From contig MU057947.1 in the NCBI GenBank assembly GCA_013265495.1, positions 1,263,070 to 1,327,069 of the forward strand: a stretch of DNA of 64,000 bases. The letters are read 5' to 3'. Origin of the DNA: Vicugna vicugna. Taxonomy: Eukaryota. The position numbers and the translations under genes were made by a program. Positions 1-9,908 of this stretch are shown here, in pieces. The notes beneath the pieces are model-generated. The model was given only the letters and a program-made list of their open reading frames with translations, ran no database searches and had not been told where the DNA came from. The first letter of the stretch is position 1. The number at the start of each line of letters is the position of its first letter.

Positions 1-106
1 GGGGCTGCAGGCTGGTCTTCACTGGGGGGTGGCGGCAGCCACTGATGACTTGATGGCTTCAGCATTCTTTGTTTACTGATACGGTTTGCAGTATTTTTCA
101 TTCACA
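1..106 (-). mobile_element. Partial ERV1-class solo LTR, cut by the window edge; same family as 32925-33435
   Basis: 'ggggggtggcggcagcc...gatggcttcagcattctttgtttactgatacgg...ttttttcattcaca' parallels the end of the LTR at 33360-33435 ('gggggaggcggcgggagctggcggctgcagcgtcctttccttactcatagggcaggcaatacttttcgatcaca'). Confidence 0.65.
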
Positions 107-225
107 CCTATAATGGAAAATAATCCAAAGAAGAATATGTACATATATGTATAAGAGGGTCAGTACACTGTACACCAGAAACACCCAATGTTGTAAATCA
201 ACTACAGTTCCATAAAAAAAAGAAA
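107..225 (+). mobile_element. L1 3'-terminal fragment with A-tail (cetartiodactyl-type)
   Basis: 'cctataatggaaaa...tgtacaccagaaacacccaatgttgtaaatcaactacagttccataaaaaaaa' matches the L1 3' end also seen at 9690-9800. Confidence 0.75.
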
Positions 226-1307
226 TGATCAGAATTTGGGGAGAGTATCTTCCACAGCCGCACCACGCAGCACAAGTGTGTTCACATTTCCAGATATTTT
301 GGTCCTTTTCTCTCCATATGGAGCCGTTTTATTTTTCTTACATAAGAATAACTAAACTTAGGCCTAGGATTTAAATTTCTGTTCTAATCTCGTAGCATCT
401 CATCGTAAGCATTTTACGTGCTGTTGCAGAGTGTACGAGGCCATTATTTAAAAAGTAACATTTGTGATTTTCACAGGCGTGGTTTTAACAGCCTGGGTGA
501 GGTGTAGCTGATACGGGATGATCCAACACACCTAAAGCGTGTGCTCTGCTGTCTTGGCACGTGTACGCGCTCGTGACACTGCGACTCCCGCCAAGAAAAA
601 TGACGTCGCCCCCGAAGGCTTGCTGGTGCCCTCTGGTGACCGCGCCCTCCTGCCTCCAAAGCCCCCTCTTGCTTCTAGGCACCCCCTTACCTGCTTTCTG
701 TCACTGTATCATGGTCTAAATCTTCTAGTTTCACAGAAACGGAGCTGTAGGGCACGTGTTCTTTCCTGTCGAGCGTCCTTCAGCCGAGTGACTGTGCCCG
801 GGTGCGTGCCACGCGGTTGCGCTATTGCCGAGCAGCAGTCCCGGGTGTGGGCGTGTCCGTTAGCCTGTCTGCTCACCTGCCCGGGGGTGTTTGGGTTGTT
901 TCCACTTTCTCGCTGTTGCAAATAAAACTGCTCTGCAAATTCATGCACACCAGTCTTTGCATGGATGTGAGCTTTCATTGCCTCGGAAAAACCCGTGAGT
1001 GGAACGGCTGGGTCCTAGGTAGGGGTACGTTTGACCTTTAACCTTTGAGGAAATTGCCAAGCTGTTTTCCAAAGTGGTTGTAACATCTCATGTGCCCCCA
1101 CCAGCTGTGTGAGCGTTCCCCGCTTCTGCACCGCCTCTCTGAGGTCAGTCTCACTAATTTTAGTCTTTCTAATCGGTGGGAGGGGTGTCTCACGGTGGTT
1201 CACTCTCACTGTGTTTCCCCAGTAACTCACGACGTGGAACCTCTCTTCGTGTGCTAATTTGCCACCTGTGTCTTTTTTTCGGTGGAGCGTCTTTGTGTCT
1301 TCTGCCC

Positions 1308-1331
1308 ATCATCATCATCATCATCATCATC
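1308..1331. repeat. (ATC)n microsatellite
   Basis: About 8 ATC units seen directly. Confidence 0.9.
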
Positions 1332-1691
1332 TTACTGTTTTTGATTGTTGAGTTTTGAGAGTCCTTTATATATTCTGGATATGGGTCCTTTTTTCAGACG
1401 TGTACTTCAGTATTTCCTCCAAGCTGCGCTTTGCCTTTTCATTTTCTTAGCAGTGTCTTTTGAATAGCAGAAGTGTTAAATTTTGATGTGGCCCCATTTA
1501 TTGATTTATTATTTCATGGGTTGTGCTTAGAATGTCATATCTAAGAATCTTTGTCTCACTCAAGGTCACACAGATTTTGTCTCATGTTTTCTTTGAAGTG
1601 TTACAATTTTGGCTTTTATATCTATGTCTTTTATACAGTTTGAATTGCCTTTTGTATATAGCAAGAGGTGCGGATTGACATTCTTTTTGCA

Positions 1692-1749
1692 TGTCTGTGT
1701 GTATGTGTCTGTGTATGTCTGTGTATGTGTGTGTGTCTGTGTGTGTGTG
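1692..1749. repeat. Imperfect (TG)n microsatellite
   Basis: TG/TGTC/TGTA tract seen directly. Confidence 0.85.
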
Positions 1750-2380
1750 CCACTATCCAGTTGTTCCAGGACCATTTTTGAGAAGATCCTTTCTCTACTT
1801 AACTCAGTCGTGTTGTCCATGTAAGTGTGGCTCTGTTTCTGGAGAGTCTTTTGTTGACTCTGCACCTACGCTGGTACCGCCCTGTTCCCATCACACTAAC
1901 TATAATGGCTTGAACTCAGCTGGCGAGAACCTTCCCGTTTTGTTCCTTCTTTCTGAAGTTGTCTTGGCTATTCTAGGCTCTTTCCATTTCCGTAAGAACT
2001 TTTAAGTTGGTTTGCCAGTTTCTACAAATAAGCCCACTGGGATTTGGGTTTGGATTCTGTTGAGTCTGTAGATCAGTTTGGGGGAGAACTGACCTCCACT
2101 AAGCTTTCCAACCTGTGTAGCAAGGCCAATCTCTTCATTATTTAGACATTTAAAAATTTCTCTTGAAACTGTTTTTTAGTTTTTAATATACCTCTCTTAT
2201 GACTTTCTTTCAATTTGCTTCTTCATATTTTGATACTTTGATTTTTTTATAAATGTGTTACTTTAGATTTCAATTTTCCATTCTATTGGCTAGCATACAG
2301 AAACACATTTGACCTTTTATAGCGGTCTTATATCCTGCAACCTCTCTAGATTTTTATCTTTTTGATTAATTGACCCTTTC

Positions 2381-3420
2381 GTCACTATGAAATGACCATC
2401 TTTGTCTCTTGAAGTTACCGTGTACAGTGTGAGTGTGCCCACGCCCATCACCCTGACTGAAATTTACGTGGCATCTACGGATCTCATCCTTTTACTTTTA
2501 ATTTACGTGCGTTTATATTTAAAGTGTGCTTCCTGTCCTCGTCTCAGGGTTGGGGCTTGCTTTTCTGCTGCGGTCTGTTAAAGCCCGCGTTCACGGAGAC
2601 GTGTAGACGGCGTGTATTCAGTGACGCGTTTACGTGGCAACGGCCGCGGCTGGTGCGAGCGCGCGCTGTGCCCGCGGGTCTCTGTCCACCGTCTCCTCTT
2701 GGTTCTCGTTTTCCTCTTCGTCGGGACTGCGGTGCCGCTCTCTGTTCCCCGCCCATTTGTGTCCTCTGCGGGTGTTCAGCTGTGACGGCCTGTGTTGTGT
2801 TGTGGCTGCCTTAGGGTGTACGGTGCGTGTGGTTAGTTTGTGACGTGCCGCCCTTGCGTGGCGCTGCAGCCCGTCACAGCGTCAGAGCCTCACGGGGACG
2901 CCCTCCCGTCGCCTCCGTCCTGCGTTTGGCTGCGCTGTGCGTGACACACTAACGTGTGTATCTGTCGGGAAGCACGTCCTCGGCACACGGCTCTTGATAA
3001 GGAAGCTGGTGGTCCCAACGAGATGAGATTCCGCGTCGTTTGCGTCTCGGGGGCCCTCCGCCCCTTTCCGGGGCCCGCGCGCCCTCTGCCGGCGGGAGGC
3101 CCGCAGCCGGAGGCGGCCCTGCGCTCCCCGCGCCCCCGCGGAATGCTGGGCGGGCGCGCGCTCGCCGCCGGGTCTGAGCAGCTGGTGCTCACGCGTCTTG
3201 GTGTCGTCTTCTCCGTGGTCCTTTTGAGGGTGGTTTGGTGAGCTCCTTGGACTTGTAAGGTTGTCGTTTTCATCAAGTTTGGAAAACCTTCAGCCACTGT
3301 TTCTTCAAGCGTCTTGCTGCCCCGTCTGCGCGGGGCGGCAGCGACCCGAGTCCCAGGCTGCTTTAGGCTGTTCCGCAGCCCGCTGCTGCTCTGCGGCTCT
3401 TGTGTTTCTAAGCCAGCGTC
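2381..3420 (-). mobile_element. Old L1 ORF1 / inter-ORF / ORF2-start remnant, strongly GC-shifted
   Basis: The minus-strand translation 'LEETVAEGFPNLMKTTTLQVQGAHQTTLKRTTEKTTPRRV' resembles the L1 ORF1p RRM-region consensus 'EEIMAENFPNLMK..NLQIQEAQRTP....KKTTPRHI'. Confidence 0.8.
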
Positions 3421-4916
3421 ATGTGTAACAGTTACGTAGTATTTCACCTCATGTATGTTTCCTGATGTGGGCAACTGTTTGCTTTAGTCATACATGTAGT
3501 TGGTTTTGGCGTTTTATTTTCTTCTACTATAAATACAGTTGAGAAGTGTATTTTGGGAAAAATACGTTCCAGTTTTCCGAAAGTGGAAATCATGAGATAA
3601 TTGGTTTTGAAACTCCCTTTACAGACTACTGGATTGTTTTTGAAAGGTTTGCTTCTTTACCCTTCTGTGCAATATGAGAGAATGTACATCTCTTGTAACT
3701 ACTGGTAGCCATAGGGGATTTAAAAGTTACGTTATTCCAAAATAATTTTCCCATGGGAGTGTATTTACATGTATATGTGTGTGTGCTTGTGTATGAATGC
3801 ATGTACATGTTATCATTATGAATAATTCTTTGCTTATTTTCACTTAAAAATTCTTTTTGAGCGCAACAAACGTAATGAAATGTTTTACTGATAGTGTTTT
3901 ACTGCCCGCTGCTTTGCCCCAGAGTTACTGATTTTGACTCGCATTGTTTGTCACTTGCACCACCATTTAAATGGTGCCTGGGTAACACTGTTATAGGATG
4001 TGAAACCTTAATATTTTTGATAAAATATTAGCATGCATTAAATGGACAAATCCACTTATAAAGGCTACAATACACAGAAGCAATTACACAATTCTCATGC
4101 AACTGAAAAATAATGGACCACCTCCGTTTATCAGCTCAGGCACCACTGTCACATGGCACCAAGCTTAAATGCAGTTTACAGTTTTTAAATTATTGCTGTT
4201 TTGACCCCAAAAATGGAACTTATAAATGACATCAAGTTTAGGTAGAATGTGAGATTTTATGAGTTTTACTACATTATTTAGAATTATAATTAAAATTTAT
4301 ATAAATGAAACAGTGCTGTTATGTAAATTTTGTTTCTCTCTCAATATTTCATTCTCTGATTTCTCCTTTGTGCTTTATTTCAATGACTAGAGCGTGTGGA
4401 TCCACACTGAGTAGCTAGGACGCACCCTCATTTAGTTTCCAGTTTTACCAGGAATGCTCGTGGTTTTAAGCTATTGGGAAAGGACGTTTGCTCTGTTTGC
4501 TAGACCCGTATAATTCTTATAACTTCGTCTACTGACTTGGTATGTTTTTAAATAGGTTTTCTAATATTAAAATGTCTTGTACTCCTGGCTAAAGCCTGCT
4601 TGGTTTTGCAAGGTTATTTGGTTAATATCCAGTTGAGGGTTTTTTTTTTTTCGCTAATGCTTTTTAATGATTTTAAGTTTTGCTTTTAAAGCGTGCCTTC
4701 CCTCTCTCCTTGTTAGTGTTTGGTGTTAGGCATGTGTTGGCTTTCTGCAGTGAGTCCAGCTGTTTCCCAGAGTTTTCTGTGCTGTGCTTTAGGGTCTACA
4801 CTTTTAAAACAATCATCACTCTGGAAGTTTATCACCAACGAGAGGAAGGTTAGAACTTTTTGTTCTTTTTCTTAGTTGTTGGCTTATTGGTCTGATTCAG
4901 TTTTCATCCTGTTGCT

Positions 4917-5340
4917 GTGACTTGGTTGAATGATTCCTAGTTGGTCTTGACCTCACCGAGTGGCCAGGCGTAGCACTGGCTTCGGGCTCGGCATGGGACT
5001 TGCCTCGGCTGATGGAATGGCAGGGACATCATAGGTGCCGGGTCTGTGCAGGGGCTTTAAATGTGCTTAGGACGTTTGAGTTGGCCGTGCACCTCTGCTG
5101 TCCCCATGAGAAGGAATGTTCCCCGGAAATCACTGTTATTTCAACTTGGGTCCTGGAATGAGAAACTGAGAAGCTAAAAACTCAACCCACACACAGCTTC
5201 AAGCCAATCCCAGCTATACCTTATCAAGCTGAGCTGACCTGCAGATCCTTGAGTAAGAAATAAATTTTGATGCTATAAACCACTGAAATTCTGTGATTGT
5301 TCCTTATGCAGCATGAACATGGAAAGAGCTGATTCATACA
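4917..5340 (+). mobile_element. MaLR solo LTR (MLT1H/I/J-like)
   Basis: Typical MLT1 3' end 'ctgacctgcagatccttgagtaagaaataaattttgatgctataaaccactgaaattctgtgattgttccttatgcagca...agctgattcataca' with AATAAA and terminal CA. Confidence 0.75.
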
Positions 5341-5424
5341 TATGCAAATATTGGTAATTGATAATTTCACTAAATACCAATTTTCCTTCCTTCCTTCCTT
5401 CTTATTTCCATCCTTCCTTCTTCC

Positions 5425-6120
5425 CAAGGAAGCATTTAAAGCTATGAATTTAACTCTGAATACTATGGTCACATCACAGTTGTTTTGATATGTGACATTG
5501 TTTCCTTATATTCTGAATAATCTTTTATGGTATCTTACTTTCTTCTTTCCTTATTTTAATAGTTACTAAGTTATTTATTTCCCCCAAAGCTTATTTTTTG
5601 TGATACACACTTTATTATTAATTTCAAGCTTCTGTGTGTTGTGGTCAGGTAAGATGACCTGTATGGTTTTGCTTGTTAGTTAATTGACATTGTCTTTGGG
5701 ACCTGAGTATGATTCATTTTCATAAGTATCACATGGATTCTTAGAAATAATTGTGGATAGATTTTGCTGTTCAAGTCTTCTATAGACTGTTTGTCTACTT
5801 ACTCTGTCTTGGAATGAGGGTGATGTTTTAAAGTCTCCTGGTTCAATTGTGCTTTTCAATTTCATCTGTGCTTACAGCATGATTGGCTTTTGAATTTCCA
5901 TAATGTTTTCAGTGCCACAAGGTTGTAATGTTGTATTTAACGTTTATCCACATAGAATATCTTATTCATGTAATTAGAAGCTATCTGACTTTGATTTTTC
6001 TTTGTTAATATAATGTCATTTCTGCATTATTTTTCCCATTTGCCCAATAGATCTCTACCCATCCTTTTATTTGGAACATCCTGTTCGTTTGTTCTAGGTG
6101 TGTTGCTTGGACTTAAAAAA
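5425..6120 (-). mobile_element. Old L1ME-like ORF2 (endonuclease region) remnant
   Basis: 'gcatttaaagctatgaatttt', 'gtggtcaggtaagatgacctgtatg' and 'gtgatgttttaaagtctcc'; the ORF 5680-5865 'STIEPGDFKTSPS' resembles the L1 EN motif 'IIVGDFNTPLS'. Confidence 0.7.
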
Positions 6121-8922
6121 AGTACTCTTTAAATAATGCAACAATTTGTAATCATTAATTTCTACTTGATAATGTTTTTGTCATTTTTACTTCATGAATT
6201 CTACATATGTTTATTGCTCTTTTTTCTTGGTTTCTCTTTTGATACAAAGAATATGTCACTGTTAGCCTTTAGCTCCTCAAATGATTTGTGAAGCTTAAAT
6301 TTTACTAATTTTTATATTTTGTTTAGTATGAGTCTGTAATATAATTTCTTAATATAGTTTTTTCACAGGCACTAATAGAATTTACCGTTCCTTATATGCA
6401 AAGCAAAACTTTTGCTTTGCCTGATTTACATGCCAATTTTCATTAATATAAGATTGTAATACTTTGTCATATACTGTTGCCTACTTAAGAAAGCTTTTCG
6501 CATGTACTTTCATGAAACTACTTAGTCTCTGTGTTGAGAGGCAGAACGACTTAGTTTCAGTGCTTACCCTTGTCCTCTAATGTCTCCATTTTAATGTCCC
6601 TGATTTCGGTTGATCTCTTGATACTGAACACGTGAGGGTAAGGTTTTCACCGCAGCACAGGGACAGGATCTTGTGCCTCACGGAGCGTCGGAGCATCGTG
6701 GGCAGGTCCCGCGTGGGTGGCCGGTGCCGCCTGCCTCCCCAGGATGTCGGGGAGCGACGGCAGGGAGCCGGCGCCTTCCTCGCAGTATTTCTGCCCCATG
6801 TCTCTCTTCTCTTTGGGAACCCCGCTTTGTGAGTTTGGAGGTGCGCATTTTCCCCCTTCTCTTTCTCACCCCAGCCGGAGTGCTTTACGCGCTCCCCTCC
6901 CGCACTGGCTCCTTCTGCACTGCTGAGGGTGCCTTGGCCTCCTTCCACGTGCGGGTTAATTTGCGGTGTTGTTTTCCTCGCGGTTTCTCTCACTCCTGCC
7001 CGTCCCCTCCTCTTTATTGCAATATCCTCTTGACTCTTCCTGGAAACCGAGTCTGATGTTTTATGTACGAAACATACATAAACATACACAGTTCAGTGGA
7101 CTTTTCTTCCCCGTCTTGGTCTCCCTCTTTCAGGCTGCAGAATTCCATCAGGAGCCGCAAAGTAAACTCTTTCTTGTGTGTGTTACAGAGAGAGACTGAC
7201 TCAGGCTCAGATCTGGGAACTCGGGGCCGGTGGTTGCAGCTCCCGCCCCCCTGCAGTTGGTTGCGCAGTGCAGATCCCACGGATGCCGGCTGCCTGGTCA
7301 GTCCACCCTCGGTCTTGGCTTTTCAGCTGGGATGCATGGATGCTGAGAGGTCCAGGAAAGCCTTTCAGGGTCGTGAGATGGAGTCTAACTTGGAGGGCCC
7401 CTCGTCACCACGTTCTGGGCAGTGTGACTGTGGACACGTCGGTGTCCCTTGTCCATAGCGGCAGGGCAAGTGTCTGGGATGGCCAAGGGGACTGTAAGTG
7501 GCACTGAGACTACAGGAGAGGTGGGGGAGGGAGCCATGGGCCAATGGGTGGCAGGGGCCGTAGGTCCTGCCATGACGTATCCGGTGGCTCCATCATTAAA
7601 AGTCAGGAAATCAAGAAAGCTGGTGCTTTTCCTCAAGCAGAAGGATGGCAAACATGTCCAATTTGTGCATGAAAAGAGGCGTGATTTTGTTACAAGATCA
7701 GCAGAGACAGTGTGCGCACGAGGCTTTTCTTACAGCCAAATAGTCTCATTTCTTAGTCAGAACGTGTCTCTTCCATCCATCTCTGGGTGCGATATTACTA
7801 CCTCCCTTTAAGTGCTCGCAGGTTTGTCCTTTTAAAAAGGTCTCACTTTTATGCAAAGTAAAGTGGGATGAGCACTTTGTTTCGAGAAGCCCGTCCCCTG
7901 AGGTGCAAAGTCAGCCCGTGGGAGAGAGGCAGGCCGCAGCCCCTGGGAGGTTACGTTCCAACGCAGACAGAACTGGTTTTCTTGCAGAAAGGAGGAACTG
8001 GAGTGTCCAGTTTCTACCCCAGGTCTCCGCAGCGGTGCCCCGAGGTGACTGCGCGTTAGGTGGGGCCCCGCTGTCCCTCATAAGGGCTAGAGGACCATCT
8101 CAGTTAAGGGCGCTCGCCTTTCACGCCTTCTGTATGTTGAAATAAACTCTAGTTTCTCTTTGTGCCTTCCTGGACTTTGACATCAGAGCCCATGGGGGAG
8201 AGCCCTGAACTGCTGTAGGGTATTTGAGATGTCAGCTTTGGGAGGTTATTGTGATACAGTGTCGGGAGAAAGCTGCACTATGTGAAACGTTTTGTCAAGG
8301 CTTGCTTTAAATGATTACCAGGGTCAGATGGGCTGCCACTTAAATTAATTAAAGCTGCGGGATCAAGGTGAGATGTGATAAGTGACTGGCCTCTCACCTT
8401 TGCGGCTCTGCATAGGTGCGGAGAGATGCCAGTTAGATCCAGCTTCAGTGAGCGGGATTCGTGTCTGTTAAAATTAAGATTGTCTAGGACCGGACAAAAC
8501 ATCTGTTAAATTGTGATTAGCCAAATCTCCCAAATTTCATTTGGACTGGTGCTAAACGGACACATTTGCTGAATAATGAACAAGACAGATGCTCCAATTA
8601 CATGATCACATTTGCGAACACAGTTTATGTAAAGTCAGAATGTCATTAGATAAAATGAAGACAGAGTGACACATAGCCCCATTTTTCACTTTCCTAAGCA
8701 GCAGAGAGTGTAACGTGGGTCTCCAGGGAGCGTGTTCTGTTTTCTCACCCGACTACAGTATTTTCATTGCTAATCGCATTTTTGACTACAGTCTCCCGAG
8801 AGCCACAGATCTGACCCGTAATGTGAAATAAATGCACAGAAACAATTCAAGTCTCCATAACATTTAAACTGGTAGAGTCAACGGCCAAGTCCCGTGCGAT
8901 GGGCGTCGAGAGACCCTGGCAG

Positions 8923-9800
8923 ACAAACTTTTCTCCAGTGAAGACAGCCAGATGGCCAACAGGCACATGAAAAGATGCTCAATACCGCCAATTATCACAG
9001 AAACGCAAACCATAGCTACAGTTGGGTGTCACCTCACACCGGCCAGAAAGGCCGTCATTACAGAGCCCGCAGACGACACATGCTGGAGAGGGTGTGGCGC
9101 AAAGGGAGCCCTCCTGCGCTGCTGGTGGGAGTGCAGTCTGGTGCAGCCACTATGGAGGACAGTATGGAGGTTCCTTAAAAAACTGAAAATAGCCTTTCCC
9201 TCTGATCCAGCAGTCCCACTCCTGGGCGTGTATCTGGAGGAAGATTCCCAGCAGCACTATGTACAGTAGCCAAGGCATGGAAGCAGCCCAAAGGGCCGCT
9301 GACAGAGGACTGGATAAAGAAGATGTGGTGTGTTTATACAATGGAATACTACTTAGTCATAAAAAAGAATGAAACAGTGCCATTTGCAGCAACATGGATG
9401 GACTTGGAGATGATCAGACTAAGTGAAGTAAGCCAGAAAGAGAAAAAAAAATCATATGATATCACTTATATGTGGAATCTAAAAAATGACACAAATGAAC
9501 CTATTTACAAAACAGAAACAGACTGACAGACTTAGAAAACAAACCTGGGGCTACCAGGAGGGAATGAGGGGGTGGAGGGCTAAACTGGAAGTTCTGGATT
9601 TGTGGATGCTAACTACTGTATGTAAAATAGATAAACAGCAAGGACTTGTTGCACAGCACAGGGAACTCTGTTCAGTGGCTTATAATAGCCTATAATGGAA
9701 GCGAATATGAAAAGAATATATGTATATATGACTGAAGCACTATGTTGCACACCAGAAATTGACACAACATTGTAAATCGACTGTACCTCAATTAAAAAAA
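8923..9800 (+). mobile_element. 5'-truncated L1 (ORF2 C-terminus + 3' UTR), lineage-specific, with an internal deletion near 9245
   Basis: Translations 'MANRHMKRCS...[37 protein letters not shown]...[12 protein letters not shown]' and 'YTMEYYLVIKKNETVPFAATWMDLEMIRLSEVSQKEK'. There is an A-tail and a perfect 15 bp TSD GAGAGACCCTGGCAG at 8908-8922 and 9917-9931. Confidence 0.95.
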
Positions 9801-9831
9801 TAGGTAAATAGATGAACAGATAATATTTATT

Positions 9832-9906
<75 letters not shown>

Positions 9907-9908
9907 AT
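9832..9908. repeat. Compound (TAGA)n(TAAA)n microsatellite in the L1 tail
   Basis: Seen directly, between the L1 poly(A) and the 3' TSD. Confidence 0.95.

Larger units (their letters stand above)
480..2380 (-). mobile_element. Old L1M (L1MB/MC-like) 3' UTR and ORF2 3' portion, degenerate
   Basis: The minus-strand ORF 1015-1230 contains 'LQPLWKTAWQFPQRLK' (L1 ORF2 C-terminus). Antisense L1 motifs include 'tttatatattctggatatg', 'gcagaagtgttaaattttgatg' and 'gttgtcttggctattctagg'. Confidence 0.85.

Noticed and set aside
2890..3474. 194 aa ORF as a functional or domesticated L1 ORF1 gene
   Set aside because: Only about 45 residues resemble ORF1p; the rest stays open because GC drift removed stop codons.
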